NCBI GenBank assembly: GCA_041690135.1
Contig: JAWLHY010000001.1
Location: 768,001 to 832,000 of the forward strand
Reading direction: 5' to 3'
From: Armatimonadota bacterium
GTDB lineage: Bacteria; Armatimonadota; SYMT01
Length of the DNA stretch: 64,000 bases
In this document: positions 55,563 to 64,000 of the stretch, piece by piece
Layout of the letters: every line of letters starts with the position of its first letter
Numbering within the stretch: position 1 is the stretch's first letter
Notes under the pieces: generated by a model
What the model was told of the DNA's origin: nothing
Seen by the model: the letters and a program-made list of their open reading frames with translations, nothing else
Databases searched by the model: none
Made by a program: the position numbers and the translations under genes

Positions 55563-55744
55563 CCCGAACCTCCTCCTCTCGTGCGTGATCAGCGCACTTC
55601 CGTTCCACCCGTGGAGCTCCACGGGCCGGGAGCCGTCCGCGGGAGCCGTCATAACGACTTACGCTACAGACACCCGAACGGGCACCTCTGTTTCCGGTAT
55701 CCTGGCGGCATGGTGTACCCCTTGATGACGACTCGTTCGACCTC

Positions 55745-55773
55745 TTGACAGGCACGCACGGGGGTGGCATAAT
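55745..55773 (+). promoter_or_regulatory. Sigma70-type promoter of the tRNA gene
   Basis: TTGACA (55745-55750), 17-bp spacer, CATAAT (55768-55773), 12 nt upstream of the tRNA. Confidence 0.85.
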
Positions 55774-55785
55774 CCTGCAGTCCGA

Positions 55786-55858
55786 GGCAGGGTAGCTCAG
55801 TGGTTAGAGCAACGGATTCATAACCCGTAGGTCGTGGGTTCAAATCCCACCTCTGCTA
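55786..55858 (+). tRNA. tRNA-Met(CAT), probably elongator
   Basis: Acceptor stem GGCAGGG/CTCTGCT, D arm TAGCTCAGTGGTTAGAGC, anticodon loop TT-CAT-AA, T loop GTTCAAATC, discriminator A; CCA not encoded. Confidence 0.93.
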
Positions 55859-55893
55859 TTTGTCCAACTATCGTCCGTCCTTCCAAAAACCTT

Positions 55894-55925
55894 GGCCGCA
55901 CCCTTTCGGGTGCGGCCTTTTGTTT
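55894..55925 (+). terminator. Terminator after the tRNA
   Basis: GGCCGCACCC-TTTC-GGGTGCGGCC followed by TTTTGTTT. Confidence 0.88.
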
Positions 55926-56043
55926 GCCTCTCCAGCTACTGTGGCGGGACGCCCGCGCTCCGGCCCTTCGCCTCATTCGCTCGATTGGCGGATCACGCCG
56001 CCTCCTGATCCTCATCGTAATCCCCATCCTGATCGGCCGCAGG

Positions 56044-58854
56044 CTACGGCCTTTCCCGGTACTTCTCCCACAACCGGGTGTGCTTGGACTCGAGCGAAAT
56101 GGAACGGCCGTTGATGAACACGTGCCGCACCGGGGTCCGGATCTCCAGCAGGTCGCCGTCGGTGACGACCAGGTTGGCGACCTTTCCCGGCTCCAGGCTG
56201 CCGAGGCGGTCTCCCACCCCCAGGATCTGGGCGGGGTACAGGGTGATGGAGCGCAGCGCTTCCGCCTCGCTCAGGCCGCTGCCGGCGGCGGTGCCGGCCT
56301 CGAACGGCAGGTTGCGCGTCTTGGAAGTATCCCCCGCGGAGATGGCGAAGCGCACCCCGGCCCGTGCCAGGATCGCCGGGGTGGCGTAGGGCAGGTCGTA
56401 GGGGTCGTCCTCGTGGGTGGGTAGGCGTTGGAGGGGACCGTAGATCACCGGCACGTCCTTCTCCTTCAGCAGCGACGTGACCTTGGCCGCCTCCGCCCCA
56501 CCCAGGATCACCAGGCACAGCTTCTGCTGGTCCGCATACTCCACGGCCCGCCGGATCTCGCCCCGGGAGTTGGCGCGCCAGAGGAGCGGCACCGTCCCGC
56601 GCAGGAGCGGGATCAGCGCTTCCAGCTTCGCGTCGTGACGGACCGTGGCGCTGCTGGTCGCCTCCTTCGCCGTGAGGTAATGGCGGGCCTGGTCGAGTAG
56701 GTCGGTCAATGCCTTCAGGCGGGTATCCGTCTCGCGCCGCTCGTCTTCGCCGGGACCGCCGCGGTAGCTGAAGTCGCTCGCCTCGAACCGGCGTCCGGAC
56801 CGTCCGCTTGGCACCCGGCCGGTATGGCCGGCGGACTTGGTGACCACCATCTCCTCCACGGTCCAGCCGTCGAGGTTGATCAGCGTGGCCTGGCCGCCCA
56901 GGAGATCGCCGCTGGGGACCGATAGCACCGTAGTGACGCCGTTCACCCGGGTGACGGGGATGTGCTCGCTGGCGGGATGGATGGCGTCGTAGGCGCGCAG
57001 TTGCGGATTGAGGCTGCCGAGGTCGGAGACGTCGTTGCTTTCCCGGACCGCGCCGATCTCACCCAGGCCGAGCTGCGTAAGGCCATCGATCATGCCCGGG
57101 TAGACCCGCAGGCCGGTCGCATCGATCACCTTCGCCCCCGCCGGGACCTTCACATTCGTGCCGACGGCCGCGATCCGATTCCCCTGGATCAGCACCGTGC
57201 CCCGTTCCAGGACCGGGCCGCTCACCGGGTAGACCCGAGCGTTCACCAGGGCGGTGAACGCGCCCGTCAGTTTCGGCGCGGGGCTTCCGGTTGCGCCACC
57301 TTCAGCCGGAGGCTGGCTCGGGGCCGGAGCGCCAAGGGGTTGGGGCGAGTAACTGAGAAAATCCGGATTTCCAGAGGGAGGCCGCGCAAGCGCCGTCACT
57401 CCGGCAAGCCTCACTGCCCTGCCCTGAGAAACAGGTTCGTGCCACGTGGTCAAAGACTGTACAGTTACTTCCCTCAACCCCTTTGCTGCGGAATGCGTCG
57501 AGGGTGCGCTCGCCTTCGCGCTGCTGTCGCCGGTGCTCTTCTTGCCGGCTTCTTCCGCACGCAGCTGCTTCTTGAGCGCCTCGACTTCCTTCTGGCGGGC
57601 CAGTTCCTTATCCCGGTCGAAATAGAGCCGCCCGTCGATCCACACCTTCTGCGGGAGCGCGCGCGTGCTGAGCGGGTGGTGGTTGTAGAGGACGAGATCT
57701 GCGTCTTTACCCACGTCCAGCGAGCCGACCCAGGCGTCGATGCCGAGCTGCCGGGCCGGGTTGAGGGTGATCAGGCGGAGCGCCTCGATTTCGGTGAGAC
57801 CGCCGTACTTCACGCACTTGGCGGCTTCCTGGTTCAGATGGCGGGCTTCCTCCGCACTGTCGGAGTTGATCGAGACCCCCACCCCCTTGCGGGTCATGAT
57901 CGCCGCGTTGTAGGGGATGGCGTCGTAGGCCTCCAACTTGAAGGCCCACCAGTCCGAAAACGTGGAAGCCCCGGCCCCGTGGGTGGCGATCTCGCGGGCC
58001 ACCTTGTAGCCTTCCAGCACGTGCTGGAACGTGGCCACGCGGAAGCCGAACTCTTCCGCCAGCCGGATCATTGTCAGGATCTCGTCCGCGCGGTAGCAGT
58101 GGCAGTGGACGAGCCGCTTCCCCTGCAGGACCTCCACCAGCGGTTCCAGTTCCAGGTCGCGGCGCGGCGGAATGGCCTTCACCCCGGCGCGAGACTTCGC
58201 TGCGTAATCCTTCCACTCCTGCTCGTACCGGCGCGCGCGCAGAAAGGCATCGCGGATCACGTCCGCCACGCCCATCCGGGAAGCGGGATAGCGCCCCCCA
58301 CCCGTCGCCCCGGAGCGCTTGGGGTTCTCCCCCAGCGCAAACTTGATCCCCGGCGGCGCCTGCCGGAACTTCAACCCGGCCGCATCCTGCCCCCAGCGCA
58401 GCTTGATGACCTGGTTCTTGCCCCCGATCGGGTTTGCGCTGCCGTGCAGGATGTTCGAGGTCGTGACCCCGCCCGCCAGGTCCCGGTAGATGTCGATATC
58501 CTCGGGGTCGATCACGTCCTCGGTTCCGACCATGGAGGTGACCGAGCGGGTGCCTTCATTCACACTCCCGGCGATGGCGATGTGGGCGTGGCAGTCGATG
58601 ATGCCGGGCATCAGGTACTGGCCGGCGGCTTCCACGATCTCCGCATCCGGCGGCACTTCGAGGTTCTTTCCCACTGCCGCGATGCGGCCGTCCCGGACGA
58701 GCACGGCGCCGCCGGGGATGGGGGCGCCGCTCACCGTCAGCACGGTGGCGCCGCGGATCAGGAGGGCCCGTTTTGCCTGGGCGCCGGCCCGGGAAACGAG
58801 GGTCAGCACCACGAGGGCGGACCAGAGCAGCGCCCAGGTGCGCGGGGTCTTCAT
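56044..58854 (-). CDS. Secreted two-domain amidohydrolase family protein
   Basis: Domain 1 has PGIIDCHAH, KFALGENPK, HCYRADE, FQHVLEGY and SINSD; domain 2 has PGMIDGLTQLG and GSLEPGKVANL. Confidence 0.9.
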   Translation of the reverse strand: MKTPRTWALLWSALVVLTLVSRAGAQAKRALLIRGATVLTVSGAPIPGGAVLVRDGRIAAVGKNLEVPPDAEIVEAAGQYLMPGIIDCHAHIAIAGSVNEGTRSVTSMVGTEDVIDPEDIDIYRDLAGGVTTSNILHGSANPIGGKNQVIKLRWGQDAAGLKFRQAPPGIKFALGENPKRSGATGGGRYPASRMGVADVIRDAFLRARRYEQEWKDYAAKSRAGVKAIPPRRDLELEPLVEVLQGKRLVHCHCYRADEILTMIRLAEEFGFRVATFQHVLEGYKVAREIATHGAGASTFSDWWAFKLEAYDAIPYNAAIMTRKGVGVSINSDSAEEARHLNQEAAKCVKYGGLTEIEALRLITLNPARQLGIDAWVGSLDVGKDADLVLYNHHPLSTRALPQKVWIDGRLYFDRDKELARQKEVEALKKQLRAEEAGKKSTGDSSAKASAPSTHSAAKGLREVTVQSLTTWHEPVSQGRAVRLAGVTALARPPSGNPDFLSYSPQPLGAPAPSQPPAEGGATGSPAPKLTGAFTALVNARVYPVSGPVLERGTVLIQGNRIAAVGTNVKVPAGAKVIDATGLRVYPGMIDGLTQLGLGEIGAVRESNDVSDLGSLNPQLRAYDAIHPASEHIPVTRVNGVTTVLSVPSGDLLGGQATLINLDGWTVEEMVVTKSAGHTGRVPSGRSGRRFEASDFSYRGGPGEDERRETDTRLKALTDLLDQARHYLTAKEATSSATVRHDAKLEALIPLLRGTVPLLWRANSRGEIRRAVEYADQQKLCLVILGGAEAAKVTSLLKEKDVPVIYGPLQRLPTHEDDPYDLPYATPAILARAGVRFAISAGDTSKTRNLPFEAGTAAGSGLSEAEALRSITLYPAQILGVGDRLGSLEPGKVANLVVTDGDLLEIRTPVRHVFINGRSISLESKHTRLWEKYRERP

Positions 58855-60230
58855 CGGTGGTCCTCCTCGTGGTGGTCTTCCGCGGGGCGAGCAGCGGCCG
58901 GTGCGGCGGGCGCGGTCTTCCCGGGCTCGAAATGGCGGCCGTCGATGAACAGGAACCGCACCCGGGTCTTTTCCGCGAAGAGGTCTCCGTCGGTCACCGT
59001 CAGGTTCGCGATCTTGCCTCGCTCCAGCGAGCCCAACTGGCGCTCGGCGCCGAGGATCTCGGCCGCGGTGAGGGTCAGCGCGCGCAGGGCGGTGTCCGGA
59101 GGGAGACCGGCCTGGACCGATCGCCGGATGTTCCGGAGGAAGTCGCGGGAAGCCAGGCCTTCGGAGGCGAAGGCGAACCGGACGCCCGCCCGGTGCAGCT
59201 CGCCGGGGTTCTTCGGGGCCTCCACGCGCTGGCGCAGGCTCCGCAGGGACTCCTCTTCATCCGGGTCGGGGTTCTTCGGCTTCTCGGGGAAGTTGACGGT
59301 GAGCAGCACCGGAACCCGCTTCGCCGCCAGCGCCTTCGCCGTTTCTCCCGCGCGGTTGCCGCCCAGGAGGAAGGGGTTCACGTCCAGCGTCTCCGCCAAC
59401 TCCAGGGCGCGCACGATCTGGGGCGGGTCGCCTCCGGGGATCGCCACCGGCAGCTCCCGGCGCGCCGCGGGCCGCAGCGCTTCCCACGTCCGGTGGGTCT
59501 CCGGCCGCCGCAGGCCCAGCGGGTCCTGGGCATACAGGCTCCAGGCCTCCGCGTTCCGGCGGGCATCGAGGAACGTCTGGCGGATGTAGGCCAGCACCCC
59601 CATCAGCGATCCGGGATAGCCGCTCCGGGCGGAGCTCAGCCGCAGGTGCAGCGCCACGGGAGAGCGGACCACCGCCGTGTCCCGGTCGCCGTTCAGGTTC
59701 ACGAGGGCGCTCTGGCCCGCGAAGATCCCCCGGTTGGGGAGGGTGAGGACAGTCGTAAAACCGGACTGCCGTGCCGCCTCGATCTTGCTGTTCGCTACGG
59801 CCAGCATATCCGCCACGCGCACGTGGGCCTGCTGGTCCGGGTCTTCCGGCGGGGCATCCGGAGAGCGCGGCGGGGGCGAAGAAGAGCTGGGCGGCGGCGT
59901 GGGAAGCCCGATCTCCGTGCCGGCATCGATCAGGCCCGGGTAAACCGTCAGGTTCTTGCCTTCATAGATCCGCGCCTCGGGAGGGATAGCCACCCCCGCG
60001 CCGACCGCCTCGATGAGGCCTTCCCGGATAACGACAGTCCCCTTCTCCAACGGTGGACCGGACACCGGCACGATCCGGGCATCGCGGATGGCGAACACCT
60101 CCGGCGGGTCGCTCCAGGCCTGGGGCAGGCTTCCGGCCAGGAGCAGCCCGGCCAGCAGCCCAACGGCACTTTGGGTCCCCCACTGGGGAACGCGGCGGAG
60201 CGGCCACCCCGCATCTTCGCAGCCCGCCAT
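58851..60230 (-). CDS. Secreted amidohydrolase-fold protein lacking the HxH motif
   Basis: PGLIDAGTEIG, YPGSLMG and GSLERGKIANL; ATGA-coupled to the next gene. The exact start is uncertain. Confidence 0.85.
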   Translation of the reverse strand: MAGCEDAGWPLRRVPQWGTQSAVGLLAGLLLAGSLPQAWSDPPEVFAIRDARIVPVSGPPLEKGTVVIREGLIEAVGAGVAIPPEARIYEGKNLTVYPGLIDAGTEIGLPTPPPSSSSPPPRSPDAPPEDPDQQAHVRVADMLAVANSKIEAARQSGFTTVLTLPNRGIFAGQSALVNLNGDRDTAVVRSPVALHLRLSSARSGYPGSLMGVLAYIRQTFLDARRNAEAWSLYAQDPLGLRRPETHRTWEALRPAARRELPVAIPGGDPPQIVRALELAETLDVNPFLLGGNRAGETAKALAAKRVPVLLTVNFPEKPKNPDPDEEESLRSLRQRVEAPKNPGELHRAGVRFAFASEGLASRDFLRNIRRSVQAGLPPDTALRALTLTAAEILGAERQLGSLERGKIANLTVTDGDLFAEKTRVRFLFIDGRHFEPGKTAPAAPAAARPAEDHHEEDHR

Positions 60231-60392
60231 ACTTTATCTCCTCGCCACCCGGTGAAGAGCCGGGGTGCTTTGATCTTGAATTGTTCAGCCTGGACTTTTC
60301 CTACCGTCGAGGAGTCGCATCATCGGCGTGGCCGAGCCCCAAGAGCTTTCGAGAAGGCACGCGGGTCGTAGGCTCAAACGGTTCACCCTGGT

Positions 60393-60543
60393 TTGTAGTA
60401 GCGGGCTTTAGCCCGCGTGCTTGCGATCCCATTCACGGCACCTGTTCTGAACAGATGCCCCTCGCAGCGTCCACGGTGCCCCAGGGGACAGGCACCACAT
60501 CCCCTATCGCGAGTGCGGACAGCGCTAAAGCGCTTGACTACAA
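60393..60543. repeat. Inverted pair of GTAG-type REP-like elements
   Basis: Plus strand TTGTAGT-AGCGGGCTTTAGCCCGC; minus strand TTGTAGT-CAAGCGCTTTAGCGCT about 130 bp away. Confidence 0.6.
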
Positions 60544-60635
60544 GCCAGAGGTCCCTGTTCGCAGTTACGCGGTTTGAGGATCGACCCCGGCCGGAAGCCC
60601 ACGGGCGTTAGTCTGTGGGCTCCCGTTTTCCGGCG

Positions 60636-61832
60636 TCACCTGGATCTCTGTTCGATCACCGCGCGGATGCGCCGCAGCCCTTCCATCAGCAACTCGCGGG
60701 AGGTGGCGAAGGAGATGCGGATGTACTCCTGGTCCTCGCCCACGTTCCGCGTGCCGAAGTTGCTGCGGGCCAGCACCGCCACGTTGCCGTCGTAGAGCAT
60801 GGTGTGCTGGAACTCCTCGGCGTTCTTCAGGCCCAGCAGCCGGCAGGCTTCGGTGACGTTGGGGAAGGCATAGAACGCCCCCTGCGGCATCACGCAGGAG
60901 ATGCCCGGGATCGCATTGAGCTCCGCCACCGCCATGTCGCGGCGGGCCTTGAACTCGCCGATCATCGCGCGGACGGCATCCTGCGGACCATTCAGCGCCT
61001 CCACACCGGCGTCCTGGACAAAGGTAGAGGTGCAGGAGACGATGTTCGTGTTCATCTGCGCGACCTTCTCCGCCAGCGCCACCGGCATGGCCCCGTAGCC
61101 CAGGCGCCAGCCGGTCATCGCGTAGGTCTTGGAGAAGCCGTCGAGGACGATAGTCCGCTCCTTCATCCCGGGAATCTGGGTGATGCTGACGTGCTGCCCC
61201 TCGAAGAGGAACTCGCTGTAGATCTCGTCCGCCAGCACCCAGGCGTCGCACTCCAGCGCGATCTCCGCTATCGCCTCCATATCCTGCCGGCTCAGCACGC
61301 CGCCCGTGGGGTTGTTGGGCGAGTTGAGGACGATCAGCCGCGTCTTCGCGGAGGCCGCCTGGCGGAGTTGGTCCAGGTCGATCCGGAACTCGCGCGGCTC
61401 CACCAGCGCCATCGGCACGGGCGTCGCGCCGGCGAAGTTGATGACCGACTCATAGATCGGAAAGCCGGGGTTGGGGTAAATCACCTCATCGCCCGGCTCG
61501 GCAATCGCCATGATGGTGTGGAACAGGATCGGCTTGGCGCCGGGGGTCACCACGATCTCTTCCGGGCTGAACTCCACCCCGCGCGAGCGGGTGAGATACG
61601 CCGCCGCCGCCTCGCGGAGCGGAGGAATGCCGGCCGAGGGGCCGTAGTGGGTGCGGCCCGCGTCCAGCGACCGCTTCGCCGCCTCCCGGATATTCTCCGG
61701 GGTGTCGAAGTCCGGGTCGCCGATGCCCAGGCTCACGATGTCCCGGCCCTGCGCCGCAAGCTTCTGCACCTGCGCCAGCACCGTAAAGGCGTTTTCCGTC
61801 CCCAACCGGGACATGCGTTCAGCAAACTTCAT
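60636..61832 (-). CDS. Class I/II PLP-dependent aminotransferase (aspartate aminotransferase-like)
   Basis: LGIGDPDF, VTPGAK, NSPNNPTG, DEIY, GFSKTYAMTGWRLGY and GAFYAF. Confidence 0.93.
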   Translation of the reverse strand: MKFAERMSRLGTENAFTVLAQVQKLAAQGRDIVSLGIGDPDFDTPENIREAAKRSLDAGRTHYGPSAGIPPLREAAAAYLTRSRGVEFSPEEIVVTPGAKPILFHTIMAIAEPGDEVIYPNPGFPIYESVINFAGATPVPMALVEPREFRIDLDQLRQAASAKTRLIVLNSPNNPTGGVLSRQDMEAIAEIALECDAWVLADEIYSEFLFEGQHVSITQIPGMKERTIVLDGFSKTYAMTGWRLGYGAMPVALAEKVAQMNTNIVSCTSTFVQDAGVEALNGPQDAVRAMIGEFKARRDMAVAELNAIPGISCVMPQGAFYAFPNVTEACRLLGLKNAEEFQHTMLYDGNVAVLARSNFGTRNVGEDQEYIRISFATSRELLMEGLRRIRAVIEQRSR

Positions 61833-61926
61833 CCGTCACTCCTCTGGAACTGGAACGTGAAGACGCCGCCGTCTCCCCTCCTCAATCAGCCGTTCTCATT
61901 CTAACATCTCAAGTGGTGAAAGCCGG

Positions 61927-62400
61927 TCACGCTTCGTCCACGGCGGGCTGGAACAGGATCCGGCAGGCCTGGAGGATGTTCTTCACGCGGCGTCGCAGTT
62001 CCGCATCCGCGAGCTGTTCCGGGTTCTCCAGGGGCAGGCGAACGATGAACCGGAAGGCCGGGCGCTCGAAGAAATGCTCCATCGGCAGCGGCTCCTCCCC
62101 CAGGTCGCACAACTCGTCGCCCAGGAGGTCGTCGAGATCCCCGCCGTTGTCGAGGACCATCTCCTCGATCTCTTCGTTGATCATGCGCCCTTCGGTTCCG
62201 AACCCCACCTGGAGCTCGCCCTTCTCCAGGTCGACACGCGCCTCGTAGTAGCTCTTCTTGCCCACACAGAGCCGGACCGAACTGTCCCAGTCCCGCGCCT
62301 GGTCCCCCTCCAGCACCAGGATCGGATCGTAGGTTGCGTCGGATCGGTATTCGCCGACCATCCAGTCCCGGAACGCCGCCACCTGGGAATGTACTTGCAT
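61927..62400 (-). CDS. Acidic hypothetical protein
   Basis: AAGGAG RBS before MQVHSQVAAF; GC3-rich codons; no family recognised. Confidence 0.7.
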   Translation of the reverse strand: MQVHSQVAAFRDWMVGEYRSDATYDPILVLEGDQARDWDSSVRLCVGKKSYYEARVDLEKGELQVGFGTEGRMINEEIEEMVLDNGGDLDDLLGDELCDLGEEPLPMEHFFERPAFRFIVRLPLENPEQLADAELRRRVKNILQACRILFQPAVDEA

Positions 62401-62429
62401 CTGCGATCTCCTTGAAAAGTGCCCGCCGG

Positions 62430-62702
62430 CAGAGCGAATGGGAGTATAGGGGAAAGGGAGAATGGGTGACCCGGAACACCTGCGAAGGTTCATTTTGCTC
62501 CTGTAGCGTCCCAATCCCTCTACCGTCCGGTCGCCGTCTCGACCTACCACGAATTCTCCCCACACGCCGGCTTCCCCATTCCCTCCGCCCCCATGACGGC
62601 CATCGGGCACACGGGCTCCCATTCGCCCGTTCACTCTGGCACAGAGGCACCACTCTGGAACACTTGGGCTCCCGTTCCCCACTCTCCCCATCTCCCATTC
62701 GT
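62430..62702. repeat. Degenerate short (about 8-nt) ATGGGAGA / TCTCCCAT repeats in opposite orientations
   Basis: AATGGGAG...GGGAGAATGGG on the left; CTCCCATT, CTCCCCAT and CTCCCATTC on the right. The same unit occurs at 21960-21976. Confidence 0.45.
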
Positions 62703-62819
62703 TCGGGTACCCAGCCGGCAGCAGTGGATCAAGGAGGAGAACCCGGAACCGTAGTGCATTTACTATCTGGCAATGACTTTGAGCGCCGGAGTGCCGGACA
62801 CCGTCCGGGAGGAGAACCG

Positions 62820-63551
62820 ATGGGCAAGCTGGAGGGGAAGGTCGCTATCGTTACGGGTGGGAACCGCGGGATCGGCGCGGCGATCGCCCGGGCCTTCGTG
62901 CGCGAGGGATGCGCGGTGACCGTGGCCGCGCGGGATGCGGCGAAGCTGGAAGAGGCGGCAGCGGAGCTGGAGGGCATGGGCGGCCGCGTGCTGGCGGTGC
63001 CGACCGACATCACGAGCGAAAGCGACGTGGAGGCGCTGTTCGAGCGCAGCCAGGCGCACCACGGCCGGCTCGATATCCTGGTCAACAACGCGGGGGCGTT
63101 CGACGGCGGTCCGCTGGACGAGTTGACCCTGGAGACCTGGGAAAAGGTGATGGCGGTCAACCTGCGGGGACCGTTCCTCTGCACTCGCGCCGCCTTCCGG
63201 ATCATGAAGCCGCAGCGGGGTGGGCGAATCATCAACATCGCCAGCATTTCCGCCCAGCGGGTCCGGATGAACTCCGCGCCCTACAGCACCAGCAAGCACG
63301 GCCTCTGGGGCCTCACGCAGTGTACGGCGCTGGAAGGCCGCGAGTACGGGATTGCAGCGAGTTGTCTCCACCCCGGCAACGCCCTCAACGACAAGCGCGC
63401 CCTCGGCATGACCGAAGCGGACCGCGAGCCGATGATGACCTGCGACGAGCTGGCCGAGACGGCCCTGCTAATGGCCTCGCTCCCGCCGCACGTAAACATG
63501 CTGGAGGCCATCGTGCTCCCGGTCGAGCAGCTCTACATCGGCCGCGGCTAA
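62820..63551 (+). CDS. Short-chain dehydrogenase/reductase
   Basis: TGGNRGIG, LVNNAG, NIAS and YSTSK; GGAGGAG RBS. Confidence 0.93.
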   Translation: MGKLEGKVAIVTGGNRGIGAAIARAFVREGCAVTVAARDAAKLEEAAAELEGMGGRVLAVPTDITSESDVEALFERSQAHHGRLDILVNNAGAFDGGPLDELTLETWEKVMAVNLRGPFLCTRAAFRIMKPQRGGRIINIASISAQRVRMNSAPYSTSKHGLWGLTQCTALEGREYGIAASCLHPGNALNDKRALGMTEADREPMMTCDELAETALLMASLPPHVNMLEAIVLPVEQLYIGRG

Positions 63552-63628
63552 CGGACCCGGCCTGAAAGAGTCTCACGAAGAAAGCCGGCAAACGGCACAA
63601 CCCAACGAAGCAGATTGCGAGTAGATCC

Positions 63629-64000
63629 TTGGCAACCGCAACCACCGCCACCGATACCGCCGCGGCCGTTGAGGCTCCCGCGGCGCATCCGACCACGGGA
63701 CAACCGTGGGCCTACATCCCCATCCTCTACTTCCTGGAGGGGCTACCGAACATTCTGGTCACCGCCTTCGCCGGGCTGATGTTCAAGGACCTGGGGATCA
63801 CGAATGACCGGATCGGCCTCTGGACGAACCTCATCGCGCTGGCGTGGACGGCCAAGATGCTGTGGGGTCCCCTGGTCGATCTCACACTCACCAAGCGGCG
63901 CTGGACGCTGCTCACCCAGGGGTTGATGGTGCTGCTCATCGCGGCGCTGGCGTGGGCGGTCACCCTCCCCAGCTTCTTTACCGCGTGCCTGGTCATGCTC
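63629..64000 (+). CDS. AmpG-like MFS transporter (5' part, runs off the window)
   Basis: Absent from the ORF track. Manual translation gives PWAYIPILYFLEGLP...WTAKMLWGPLVD...KRRW; the TTG start is tentative. Confidence 0.8.
   Translation, partial: MATATTATDTAAAVEAPAAHPTTGQPWAYIPILYFLEGLPNILVTAFAGLMFKDLGITNDRIGLWTNLIALAWTAKMLWGPLVDLTLTKRRWTLLTQGLMVLLIAALAWAVTLPSFFTACLVML

Noticed and set aside
56962-59589. 875-aa plus-strand ORF
   Set aside because: Antisense to the two amidohydrolase genes.
60615-61904. 429-aa plus-strand ORF
   Set aside because: Shadow of the aminotransferase.
55786-64000. Genomic island integrated at the tRNA
   Set aside because: No integrase and no duplicated tRNA 3' end seen; flanking genes look like ordinary chromosomal genes.

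Overview
High-GC bacterial chromosomal window with about 50 protein genes, one tRNA and no rRNA, CRISPR array, integrase or transposase. The gene content (Tat-exported Gfo/Idh/MocA enzymes, DUF1501, DUF1080, FHA proteins) resembles Armatimonadota/PVC-like bacteria, which is an inference only. From left to right it holds: a partial GNAT; a pabB-DNA methyltransferase-pabC-like operon; a TPR/pentapeptide membrane protein; a six-gene cell-surface glycosylation locus; a DUF3494/FN3 surface protein; a 164-bp MITE; sugar-oxidation genes; htrA; ribBA-ribH; two paralogous secreted proteins; a ferritin-like protein; a di-heme peroxidase; glgB; tRNA-Met; an amidohydrolase pair; an aminotransferase; an SDR; and a partial AmpG-like MFS. 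The best candidate for an undescribed system is the terminator-bounded minus-strand cluster at 35.7-42.2 kb: FHA, FHA, membrane-anchored ParA, ParA, atypical Hsp70 and a cryptic GrpE-like protein. Several of its members carry MinD-like amphipathic motifs, and there is no ParB, DnaJ or kinase in the window. All family calls come from motif recognition by eye; no searches were run.
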